From Blasia pusilla (taxonomy: Eukaryota), in the NCBI GenBank assembly GCA_050084515.1, contig CM114271.1:25482001-25546000 (forward strand): 64,000 bases of DNA, read 5' to 3'. The notes beneath the pieces are model-generated. The model was not told the origin of the DNA, did no database searches, and saw only the letters and a list, made by a program, of their open reading frames with translations. A program made the translations under genes and the position numbers. Shown piece by piece: positions 13,872 through 25,890 of the stretch (position 1 is its first letter; each line of letters opens with the position of its first letter).

Positions 13872-14993
13872 GCTTGGTGGCGTTCTGGCAGCCACGCTCC
13901 ATTTACATTCAAAGGACCTTGAAGGTCGGTCTCTAAAAATAGCAGCTCGACACCGCTAGCCTCTGGTCCACACCATTCACTTTCTTCCTTTCTTCACCTA
14001 TTCCACAATGTTGTAATCGTGGTAGGGGCCGACGATTCGCCTGTCCTTACCTTCGTCCAAGAAGTGTTCCCAATTCATAGGTCTCCCGGGCCTGTGCCAG
14101 CTAACCAGGCGAGTTCAGCTACAATATAATCGGACGAATCTGGACTTCATTTGACATCTCCCGGGTGAGAAAACAGGATGAATTCGGAGGAGATGGCAGT
14201 GCATAGTTTATCTATGACGCAGACCGTTATGGCATTCCCAGCCGGGAGCAGAAGCCACACCAGGAATATCTCAAGGGGAGCATACGTTGTTTATTGCAGG
14301 GGACACTAGATAAGAAGTGGAAGGGAGTTCTGTGCTTTCGATTGAGTGTTGCAAATGCAAGGGAGCACAAGACTTGCCATCCTGTCGACAAATAGTTTAT
14401 GATCGCGGTGAACACCACAGGTTTTTTTCTTGTGAGCATTTTCCTGTCCTCGCTGCTCATCATTGAGCGGCAAAGTTTTGGGGGTCATGCGTGGAAATTT
14501 TCAGTAACAGGCAGATCGGCAAAATGTAGAAACCGTGAACTCACGACATTGAGACTTCTACCCGTGTCACTTCAGTTTCCCTTCCCACAATCGGACTCCC
14601 ACCCTTCTCGATCACTTGCTGCCTTTTTCAAGAATGCATGTCGTCGTCCTCCTCAACAACCTTCTTCCATCTTTCCCATGGTGCATCACAAACTCGGGCA
14701 TCGCCATAGATACAAATCTTTTCTTCCCTGTGTTATAGTACTATGCCATCCAGCACGCGTGTAGTAAGAACTGGGATCGATTGCATGCGCCACTAGGAAC
14801 TGAGCTTGGTGGGATGCGCATCTATGCCAACCGCACTAAGTTATTTCCAAGTCAGGTTTTAAGAACCTCTTCGCGTCAACCTTGTTCAACTTTAATTGTG
14901 GAGTTTTCTTTTTATTTCTTAGCTAGCTAATATCATATTCTAGAAGTGCCAAATCACTCGGTGTCGATACGGTGCGCACTTTAGGCAAGGTTT

Positions 14994-17605
14994 CTAATCG
15001 TTATTGATTTCATGAAAGCCTCGTACGAAGGTCTCTGGAGGTTGAGCACCAGAAAGTTGTAAGCGGCCATTGATCTGCAGTGAGACAACTCCGTCATCAA
15101 ATTTCACAGTCTAAGCATCGTAATAGCCAAAAAAGCAGCTTGCAAATGTGAAAAAGACTTGCCGAGGAGAAACATACGCCTCGAAAAGCAGGAAAGCCAA
15201 CACTTACAGTGAAGTTTGGTACTCCAGTTATTCCCTTCGCGTATTTGCGCATTTCCTCTTGCAGCTGATACAGGCACACGATAAGATCACTTTCGAATCC
15301 TCAACAAATCTGCAATCTACGGTGGGCTATTTATTGAACTGTCTACAGTTGTGCACATAGAACATTCTCAACCTGGGCTCTCTTCTCGTATGTCGAGCAT
15401 CATATTCACCTGCATTCACTCTTTATTGTGTGTACTGGAATATATTGCAAAAACAATGAACTAACCTCGTTCAGCCCAGCGGTTGGATCATCGAGAAGTT
15501 CTTGTGCACCCGTTACTCCCACCTTTTGTGCAGCGCTTAGAAGTACCTGCCTGAAATATTGGCACTTTTAACTGTGATTCTGATGTTTACAATCTAACTT
15601 CGTTGAACTAGGTAGACGCCATGGACCCGGACAATTGTGAAGCACTGCCTCGTGTAATGAGGAGGAATACTAAGTGCGCCAAATTTGTGAATCGGCTTAT
15701 AAATTTAGGGTATTCGAGTCACTAAGAAGACCTTCCCGCCACAGTTATCAGAAAGAGCACTCATCTTTAGGAGGGGAAAGCCCAAGCCGAGCAGCAGCAG
15801 CGTGTATATAGGACTCCAATTAACATACCTATAGCAAGAACTCACCTGTCACCAATATATTTCTCTTCTGTGAAATAGTTGATCATGAGCTCGCCAACTA
15901 GCTCATTCTGCTTGTCAAGTCCTTGGCGCCCAGCCAGCTGGATCAACCGATGGCTATCAAGCGTGTTTCCACTGCATAGATCAAGGAAACGCAACAATTA
16001 TTGGTTCACACATCCCAAGAATACTACTTGTTCGTGAATCCTCATCTGCCAATAGGAACCCTTGCGAGCATTGAGAGACCACCATGAGACTTGCCGCAGA
16101 GCACGTATTTTGGATTTTGTGCCGCCCAGACCTTGTGGAAGGGCTGCACAAAATTCCAACATCCTGAACGAAAGGACATAAGAAGAGGAGTGAAAAGCAG
16201 CTTACGTTTCGCCACCAAGCGAGTATTGCACTCCCAGATCTGCGAACAACTGTAAGAACAATTTCTGAATGAGTTCGATTATACTAGAAAATCCGCATAC
16301 ATCTAGGGAAGTAGGCGCCCAAACTATGTTGCAGTCAGTTTCAGACAAACCATGAATACTTATGACCTTGTTGATTGAGATCACACATACCTTTGACATG
16401 CGATCCAGCATCGGCTTCATACGTGCTTCACCAAATTTTTCTTTATAGTACTGCAACTTATTCACTCCTTCATTTGGCGCACTGGGGTTCAACATATAAG
16501 GGTGCCATTTGACCTGAACTCGGACCGTTAAAGTCAATAAAGAGTATGAAGTACAAAAATTCTAATAACATCCATGTCTCCTTCCTCGGACCCTAAAGCA
16601 TTTGCCATTTTTCTTGTGTAGAAGAGGTGATTTTTGCCAGAAATTAAAACAGGACTTTGAATACGTTGCTCAAAACACAACCCAGATCGATCGTTTTTCC
16701 CGTCATGAGAATCTTCCAAAAAATATATTGCTAGGAGCCACGACCAAGCCGCCCTCGAACCCAGACAATAGAATTGATTAAATAAAGCACTCTGATTGTG
16801 AAGGTACCACGGTGGCTCCTAATTCTTCCGGAATTGTTTAGTGTTCTATGGTCCGACTTGCCAAGTCGCCACGGAATTGTTCAGATAAGCAGCCGACGTC
16901 AAGCTAATGCAGAGAATAGGATTGCTTAAATACACCACTCTAATGGGATATTTTAAATGTACCATTTTCATTGTAAGGTAAGAACATGGCTCCTAATTCT
17001 GCCGGGATTGTTTCACGTTCTATGTTCCTACTCACTAAGTCGCAATGGAATTCTTCGAACAAGCAGCCGACGCCAAGCTAATGCAGACGATAGGATTGCT
17101 CAAATACATCACTCTAATTGTAAAGTTACCAACGTGGCTCCTACTTCCGGAATTGTTTCGTCTTCTATGTTCCGACTTACTAAGTCGCCATGGAATTGTT
17201 CAGATGATCAGCTAAGCTAATTGAGACAATAGGATTGTTTAAATAAACCATTCTAATTGCAACGTATGAACATGGCTCCTAATTCTTCCCGTATTGTTTC
17301 ATGTTCTATGTTCCTACTCACTAAGTCGACATGCAATTCTTCAAACAAGCAGCCGACACCAAGCTAATGCAGACAATGGGATTGTTCAAATCTACCACTC
17401 TAATTGTTAAGGTACCAACATGGCTCCTAGTACTCAACATGGCTCACAACTTGAAACCTGGACTGGCGGTTCAGAGAACAAGTACCTCAAAGTCATAGAA
17501 ATCTTTGCAAGACTCCATTGCCTTCTCCAGATACTTTTTCCCAATGAAGCACCATGGACAAACTGTGTCTGAGACAATATCGATCCGTATAACCTTTTTG
17601 CCCAT
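14994..17605 (-). CDS. DsbA-like thioredoxin-fold oxidoreductase (FrnE subfamily), ~211 aa
   Basis: 7 GT-AG exons: 17605-17486, 16513-16391, 16249-16206, 15971-15846, 15550-15466, 15264-15208, 15074-14994 (636 nt). IDIVSDTVCPWCFIGK (CxxC), WHPYMLNP, GNTLDSHRL, cis-Pro GITGVPNFTING, LSGAQPPETF. Confidence 0.93.
16788..17430. repeat. Tandem array of ~4.3 units of ~140-175 bp in intron 1 of the DsbA-like gene
   Basis: Anchor tggctcct recurs at 16813, 16987, 17135, 17273, 17421. Shared blocks include ttctatg, aagtcg, aagctaat and ggattg. Confidence 0.93.
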
Positions 17606-18338
17606 CGTCACCTCCTCGCCTAGAAACGTCAGGCAATTATCCAGTCAGAGCTTCAATACACAGTTATCACCTCACCGCACATTTATTATCAATCAGGCTT
17701 CAGCGGCATTCTTCCTATCTGACCCATTCCTCGGCCGCAATCTATCGGATTCTCGAGTCATGTAGATACATCGGACAACCTTTCATCCCCAGGCTGACTT
17801 TCAGGGTTAACAACTACATCCCATCGCTCCACCAATTATCGACCTCCAATCTATCTTTACTCCCTGCATGGCTATGCACCCAGGACACGCACGCACACAC
17901 CTGCCAAGACTCCAAGCGCGACATTACCTTGACAACCGCCCGCTCACTGCCACAGGAGAAACTCTTCCGCTAGTTCTTCCTTTCAAACAATCACACTGGC
18001 AACCACATCTCGCGCGATGTCGGGATATCGGGGAGAAACTGCGCGATTTCCTCTCACTAGAATCGTACGCGTATCCATAGCCAACATGAGAGCCTACTGC
18101 ACGACCGACGATCCTTCCCTTGCAGCTTCCAACTAGCTTTCGCAAATCTGCGAATTTGACTCTACACTTTCTTTTCAAGCTCCATCGCAGATTCGCTCCT
18201 CTTCCTTCGCTCCAAGCATTGAGTCCACTTTTGCTTCCATTTCTTCCGACGTTTCTTTTCTTTTTCAACCCTTTCTAGAAGGAACTAGCGGCCAGTCATA
18301 GTCATTTAGAAACTACTAGTAAGATGTTTGAAGAGTTT

Positions 18339-18377
18339 TTGTTACTGTATAACCCTTGAAGGGTTATATACTAACAA
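18339..18377 (-). other. 39-nt hairpin, candidate 3' terminal stem-loop of Helitron copy 1
   Basis: ttgtta-c-tgtataaccctt-g-aagggttatata-c-taacaa. On the minus strand it is followed ~19 nt later by CTAG|T (18319-18316). Confidence 0.55.
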
Positions 18378-19195
18378 GTATGAGGCCCTAAGCCGTGTAG
18401 AAAAATATTGTTGCTGGATTGGAATAGGCGGCGAGAATTAGAGTGAACATAGGCAGATTAGAATCATGGGTATGCTATGGTACTCAAATAAAGTGGTGTA
18501 TTTTGATAGTGGGGTACCATATGTAATTGGTTTATTATTAACAAGAACAGATTAATAGGCAGGACAAAGTCACATGAAGTCAAAGGTAAAAATAATGTTG
18601 TTTAAAGTTTAGTAGGAAGTTCACTATTGAGTTATATATAATGTTATGAGTGAAAGGGAGTTAGATGCATAGTAAAAATGCAACGAAGAGATGATCATAT
18701 GTAGGGGTAAATGTGGGTGCGAACATTTTGGTGTGCACTTTATACTCTAGGTTGAAATTTTTAGAGATGCAAATGAAGTGATGGCATTAAGTGGGGTAGG
18801 ATGAAATCATCTATATGTGAGAGTGCTGCAAATTGTGTGTTTGTTCTAAGGTTGTGGGGCATACATCGAAAGTCAGGTACTAGGTACTGAAAACACCTAC
18901 TCAAGATCAGGTTAACTTAGCTACGGCACAAATAAAATGTACTACGACAGGAATTAAACATGTGGTTGGGATGGGACATGTAATAAGTATAAACATAAGC
19001 TGAAACAAAAACAAGAAGTAGTCATACAAATATTGAGACATAGTGAAACAAGGTGTAGCGAAGTAGATATATAAAAATTTTGGCAGTATACAAGTAACTA
19101 ACAAGTATGAGACAATGAGACTCCATGTTGAAAATTTTTAGAAATGCAAATACACAAGTCGATACGATGTGCACTAAAGTATAAAAATCTGTAAT

Positions 19196-20220
19196 CTACA
19201 ATAGATTGTTCATATCCAAAAGTGCCTGGAGGGCCGAAAGCTCAGCAACAACAGTTGCATTATCGGGGCAGTTATCCAGAATGTATTTGCCTAAGCTAAG
19301 AACCCGGACAGAAATGGCACTGAGTTGTTCATTGAGCTTTCCAACCATAGTGATTGCATCATACTCAATCTGGTCGAGATATCCCAACACATCAACCAAT
19401 GCCTTGTAGCGCACTTCAGACTAAGTCAATTGAGATTTCGCAGAGTCAATAGCCTGGAGTGTTGCATCAAAAATATGAAGTGGAATGCCTGGGACACGAC
19501 TCATATATACCAACATAGTGTCGGTAACTATTCCCACGTGCATCAACTGCTCCTTTCATCTTCTTGTTTTGGTGCCTGTGGATAGAAGTGGTGGTAGTTT
19601 TCAACGATGTACAGTAATCGCTAATTGTCGAGTGGGCAACCTACGTCCATTTCTCCACATTACAATCTAAGCATAGAATATAACTATAATTGCTGATGAA
19701 GTATAGGAAACATTATGAAGCAGTGAAAGAATGTAAAAAACGTAAATGCAGATACAAATAGTAAAAAGTGGCGACAATAGATTATATGGTGAATTGATAG
19801 AGTAAGAATGGTGGTGTTGTATCAATTGTGGAGGATATAATCACAATGCACATACACTCTTAGTATATTATTGTCATTAAGAAGTGTTCATGAGATGGAA
19901 AAACTTGTATTACAGCACAAAACTGCGACAACCCATAAGCAGGGAACAGTAAGAGACAAAATTGTACTTTTAGATGGAGTCTTAGTCGACAAAATTTAAA
20001 CTGACTTAGGCTTGAGTCTTCATAACGCAAGTGATCTAACGTAAAATGCTAGGTCGGTATAAGTCAATGACACAACAAAGTGTGGTATTGTTGTTGTTGT
20101 GGCAACAACTTCTGTGTATTCGCATTATGGGTTGCTCCGCCATTAAAGCAAGAAACTTGACAAGGCATTAAAAAATAGGCAAAGCAATAAGTACATGAGA
20201 AAATAAGGAGAAGAAGATAA
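19196..20220 (-). pseudogene. Helitron accessory gene B remnant (predicted helical protein)
   Basis: HIFDATLQAIDSAKSQLT*SEVRYKALVDVLGYLDQIEYDAITMVGKLNEQL aligns without gaps to the translation of ~41938-42093 in copy 2. Confidence 0.5.
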
Positions 20221-20222
20221 AG

Positions 20223-21041
20223 TGTCGCGACCCTCATAACCAAACAAACAGCAAGCAAATGTCAAGCGAAACATCAAAACTTTAGTGGGCTCACACTACG
20301 ATGATTGCGCTTTGGAGAGGTCTCTTGGAAAAGTCCAAGAGACAAAACGCACATTAGAGTTTGTGCGTTTTATGCATTTAAGGTCGCGATCAGAAAACCG
20401 CGACCAAACGTGAACCAAGACTTGAGATGAGTTGAATCTAGGAAGATTGGTTTCCAAAGAGGTGAGAACCAGATTTGGAACGCGACTAGCGTTTGGGGAT
20501 TTAGTCCCAAGATGCATTTGGGACAAGTAAGGTGGCATTGGAAATCTTATGCAAAGATAATTGCAACCCACCAAATATCTTAGAGAACGCTTAAGTAGAG
20601 GTTCAGATATTTTCCGAAAACAACGGTAAGAGGAGTTTGGTTGAGGGCCAAAATGAGGGGCCCAAGTGTCTTTCCCCAAAGTTAGGGGGAGGGCGGAGAT
20701 GCCCATAAGTACTAGTAAAGGGGAGTGTCTCCAAGTATTCTTGGAACCCAAACCCCACTTTAAGCGCCAAGCGGTATCTCAAGGGCACGGGATAGAACGG
20801 GAGTTTGGCATTGGAACTCGAAACCTTGTAAGACTTGCCTGTATTATAAACTGCGAAACTAGGAAGATTGATCTTGATGAGAGGCCGAGTCGAGAACTCT
20901 AAAAGTTAGAATGATGATTGATCCAGACCCGACTAACGTGAGTGTGTGTTTGGGTGCAAATCAGCATTGAGAGTCTATCCTACTAAACGCACGCTTCGGC
21001 AAAACTAAAGATTTACGTTTAAGGAGAGTATACGTACGACA
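20223..21041 (+). mobile_element. Solo LTR, family A (internal ~190-bp deletion)
   Basis: TGTCGCGACC...TACGACA termini; perfect 5-bp TSD TAAAG (20218-20222 and 21042-21046); homologous to 38118-39128. Confidence 0.93.
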
Positions 21042-21049
21042 TAAAGTGT

Positions 21050-22030
21050 AATACATTGTGGATTACAAAGCAGTGATACTTGGACTCTGGTGATTTAAGT
21101 ACACTTGCGCTTTTTTGGAGATTATGGGAGTGGATGTCCATCATAGGAGGGGCTATTACTTTGGAAATGGACAGAGCTAGATCCAGTGGGAGGATGACCC
21201 TCAGAGTTGAATGCGTCGTCAGGATTGTGGATGGCTTGAGAAGTGTTGTGTTGATTGGCATTTGGTAACTCTGAGATTATCCCTCTTCTTTAGTTGTCTT
21301 AAAGTGAGAAAATAGGTGTGATGCCTTAGCAGAGATTAGGTCCACCAGGATATTAAGAGGGAGCTTCATGATAACTCTCAACTCTTGAAATTGATCAAGA
21401 TTTACTCCACCTGTAAGCCGTGTAAAATGGGCAGTTGTCTGTTGCCTTGTGAGTTCCAACTCATTGAACGGAACCCCTTTGTGAACCATGACCTCCTTCT
21501 GGATACATGATTGCACGAAGAATGCAAATAGAAATTAGATGTAGTATAACACAGAAAAGACAAGAACAAAAAATGTAATTGGTAAAACAATAAGTGTAGG
21601 GAATTATCCGTAGCAAGTGGCTATTTTTTGAGTTCTCTGAAGGACGCCACCTAGGCTTTCCTCAGGATAATAAGTCGGCTCATTTTTCGGCTTGAGATAT
21701 CGCCACCATTGTAGGATTGATCTAAGCCTAAGCTATTAGCATACCTCAACTGCGCATCAGTTGGAGGAACCACTTAGGGGCGGTTTTCGTGAGGTAGATC
21801 GGGCATATCATTTAAAATCATCTCGAAAAATTCAACGTAGGACCTTGGTACCTAAGAGCACTGTAGTCAATAATAGAGCATAACATTTGTAATATCTAAG
21901 AGCAAAATTTGCTATGCACAAACTTGAGTAGCTTGTTGACCTCGTTGGTCATCCCGATTCGGTACTGGTTTTGTTGTGTTTAGAGCATGCTCGTGCTTTG
22001 ATCCATCTCCAGTTGCCATACTAGTGTAAA
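21050..22030 (-). pseudogene. Helitron accessory gene A remnant (DUF3072-like repeats)
   Basis: PPTDAQLRYANSLGL...ISSRKMSRLI, IQKEVMVHKGVPFNELELTRQQTT and LVDLISAKASHLF, homologous to 40472-41025. Confidence 0.65.
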
Positions 22031-22074
22031 ATTTCGGTTGGACATAGTCAATTAATAAAGTGAATGCAAATATA

Positions 22075-25000
22075 CTATGTTTGAGTGAACACATGAAAAT
22101 TTGAAGAGCATAGGGACCCTAAAATGCACAATTGAGATGTATTCTTAACCCTAGAGAGCATACCATATACGAGGCCAGGTGCAAAAGCCAATTTTTATTA
22201 CCAACAAGCATCTCCCATCAATTGTAAGGCCTTGACTTTTATGGCCAGTCCTAGCGTAGCCAAGGACGATAGGAAATGTCTTCTTATGGTATTTCTAGTT
22301 TGGACCAAAGCGCAAGGTTAAGAAGTTTGTGCGCGTGACACTGATGATCTTGCTATTGGAATGTAGCTTGACAACAATAGCTACAATCTGGTCGGCAACA
22401 TAAATGCATTCAATAACAGTGACAAAGGCATCGTTGACTGCCTTATTAGTGATGTCAATACTTGAAGTTAATCGCACCTTGCAGCCAAGGGCTAGATAGT
22501 GAATTTGATGGAAATTGTTGTCCTCAAGCCATTGATGAAATTGTGGTATCACTGGGTGCATCACAAGAAACATGCATAGGAAAATTTTCAGCACAACCAT
22601 TGTCTTCTTAGTGCAATCAAGTTGAAAAGTTGCACATCGGGACGATGAGAACAAATGATCTGTGTATCCTCATGTACAAAGTCAATAGCACTCTTTTCAT
22701 CCACAAAGCAGTGGGCCAGATGTAAGTTTATTTCATCTTGGCTCGGTCTTGTAACCCTAACGCGTAACAAAAAATTGAGGAATGAAGGGTCACCACTATG
22801 CCTTCTTTCTATCGATTTTTGATATTTAGTCATAGCATCGTAAAAAGGTGAGGATGAGATGTGACATAGTAAGCAAAGTTAAGATGATTTATGATGACAC
22901 ACTAAGGGGAGTTGAGAAAGATCACCCACCAATGTAAGGAGTTTCTCTGAAAAGGGATTCAAGTTTGGCTATGAAGATACTTAATGTAACCTCTTAACAA
23001 CAATTTCCCATAAACAGGGTGTGAGCATAGAACACTCGTCTATAACTACAACCTTGGATGTCTTAAGCCGGATGTACTGATCAGAGGTAGTGTGCATAGA
23101 TGGGAGATACCCCTTAATCGGTATAGCAAAGGAAGAGTGAACAATAACGACACTAACATGCAAGCGTACAGCATCAATAGTTGTGGTGGCAGTGAAGAGT
23201 GAGTTGACAAAAATAGAAGTCCAATATTTTTGCATGAAATGCATAAAGAATGTCTTACCATGCTGACTTGTCAACATGATGAGACCGGATCTGAGAGTTT
23301 AAATGACGTGAAGAAGACTTACTTGCTGTGAATTGAGGGGACTGGTAGATGTAGCAACCTGGGAGGGATAGTCTACTCTGATAGAACCTATAGTCTGGTT
23401 GATCTGTGAAGAACACATTTTAGAGGAAATTTGTAACTGCAGTTGTGAGCGAATCAAGTCTAAAGCTTTGGATATGCTTTCCCTTGCATGAACTTCAACC
23501 CATATATTGGCGATTGCGTGCTCTCTGATCTCATCTACAATTTATGATTAGTCTGTAAGTATACCACAAAATATACACTCATCGAGATAAGACACTAAAC
23601 AAGTTTGCCTCAGACCTGAAAGAAACATTTTGCAATAAGGTAGTGTAGAAGAATTCATTCCATTGGTGCAAGGGATTAAATTATGTGAACTAGACTAGAC
23701 GATCAAGTTAATTTGTAGATGAGGCTACCAAGCAAGTCGTGGCCGAGAAATAAAATGCCTTACTAATTTTGCTATGTGTTTAAAGAATCTCATAGCATGA
23801 CCATAGCTGAAGAAAAAAAGGTTAATGTAGATAGGGAATCTGGCTGATGATAATACAATATTGTTGGGTGTATGCAAAGAACTGTAGTATTTTTATAAAG
23901 ATGAGTTCTCCTATGCACAGGGCTAGAATCAATATACTCAACAGACGGGGATCTAGATATAATAGGAATCTTGAGAGATGTGAGTGTTGCTTCTGTGGAT
24001 GACACAGTTCTATTTAGTACAAGTCCAGATATCAATTTTAGTCTAACTTCATTTATGACTTCAAGCCCTAAACACCTAATCCGCTGCGAGCTGATACGGC
24101 CCAATTCTTGGCCGTATCAAGAATTTGGGACTTAGATAGTATATAATTACTAAAGAAGGTTTTTAGTCTCGTGTGAAACAAGACTGCGCTCTTGACTGGA
24201 GCGTCCCTCCACCAGAAGTTAGGATTAAACCTTTGTACTAAAGGCTCGATGTCGCTGATCTCTTGCCATCTTGTGTTAGATACTTTGTCAGAGACAAGGG
24301 TAAGGAACATATTAGGCATCCCCCATTTAGCGATCATGGTTTTCCATTCTCTTAGGTGACGACGATGCTACGATGGCCTTTCTAGCATGTGGGCACTGAA
24401 ACTATACCTAGAAAGCCATGAATAAATTTCTTCGTTCAACATATCAATGTTATTGGGTTTTAGTTGCTCAACCTCTTTATTGAGGATACATCTGTAGCTT
24501 GAAGATGTTAAGCTAATAGATTGTTGCAATTGATGCATGATGAGTATATGTGGTTTATAAAGTGTGAAAACAGTGAACAACTCTCTAACTTGGTTGCGCA
24601 TATAGTCAATAAAGGATGACTAAACTGTGAAGTATCCCCTCATGTAGTTAAAAAGGAATGGAAAGATCCTTGTTTCAATGGTGAGACGAAAATCTGGTGA
24701 GATCCCATACCGGTCACTAAGAAAGTGATTCCTTGATTGGGCAGCATCTCTGAAAAACACACTTCTATTGTGGAAGATATCATAAGATTTACGCCTTTTC
24801 ATCGACAAGGAGTACTTGACATCTTGAAGAACATTAAGTTCTGCGCTATACGGGTCGGCTACCATACTATGAGTAAGCTGACCTTTATTTTATGATGCCT
24901 TAAGTATGGCCCTCAACTAAGGATGAAGGTAGAACTACAAGACCACATTGAGGATGAGGAAGTTCAATCAATGGCATATATTGTAGATATAGCTCGCTTA

Positions 25001-25450
25001 CCTACATATTAACCAATAGAACTTTTTTGACCTACCTGTAAATGAGGTTAGGTTGTAAAGGGGTTGCATCACAGGCGTTCCAGGATATCAATGGGCAATC
25101 GATAAGGGATTCTACCCGAAAAAGACTCTATGAAAGCCAATGTACTAAGCTTCAATACCCAACCTAGAATCAACAAGAGAGAGCATCTAAAGGTGTAAGG
25201 GATTTATTTCTAACACATCTCAAATATACGCTCGTGTCATATAAACATTACATTCAGTGCTCCCGCCGCTTGTTGCACAATGGTACGTGGCAAATGTAAA
25301 AGCAACCACGCGTTGGAATGATGTAGTTGATCATGTATCCATTACACAAGGCATACGGAGGGTAAATATGTGAGGTAATGATTGTCATCCCTGAATGCGC
25401 GGAATGGTAACATACATACCCACAACAGCTGGAACACTTCATTTGGTTAA
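22075..25450 (-). pseudogene. Helitron Rep-PIF1 helicase remnant, copy 1 (HUH/Y2 core deleted)
   Basis: LTIETRIFPFLF; MIAKWGMPNMFLTLVSDKVSNTRWQEI (Rep motif I); LNRTVSSTEATL; degenerate Walker A (HGKTFF); VIDECSML; LALGCKVRLTSSID; TFPIVLGYARTGHKSQG; YGMLSRV. Confidence 0.9.
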
Positions 25451-25464
25451 TTAGTGATATTTTA

Positions 25465-25890
25465 CATTTTTGGCAAATATCTCAACCTCTGCTTAAGCAT
25501 TTTATGAGATCTTTGGTGCATTGAAATCACCTTTTCCTAAGCTTTCCAACGCCATCTTACATATCCCAAACACATCTTGAGACTAAACATCATGGTCCAA
25601 AATAAAGTCAAAATCCCCAAACACTAGTTGCGTTCCAAATCTTGTTCTCACCTCTTTGGCAACCAACCTTCCTAGACTCAACTCATCTCAAGTCTTTGTT
25701 CACATTTGGTCCAGGTTTCCTAGTTGCAACCATAAACTCATGAAACACAAAAACTCTATTGCGTGTTTCGTCTCTTGGAATTTTCCAACAGACCCCTCCA
25801 AATCGCAATCCTCGCAGCGTAAACCCACTAAAGTTTTGATGTTTCGATTGGCGTTTGTTTGGTGTTCGTTTGGTTATGAGGGTCGTGACA
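25465..25890 (-). mobile_element. 5' part of a family A LTR inserted in Helitron copy 1
   Basis: Minus strand begins TGTCACGACCCTCATAACCAAAC and follows the 38118 LTR for ~425 bp, then is truncated. Confidence 0.88.

Noticed and set aside
16788-17430. CRISPR-like array (repeats with small hairpins)
   Set aside because: Whole units are homologous with no unique spacers, there are no cas genes, and the array sits in a eukaryotic intron.
24092-24119. TG...CA palindrome as a miniature solo LTR
   Set aside because: Better explained as an inverted copy of the adjacent Rep sequence; no TSD.
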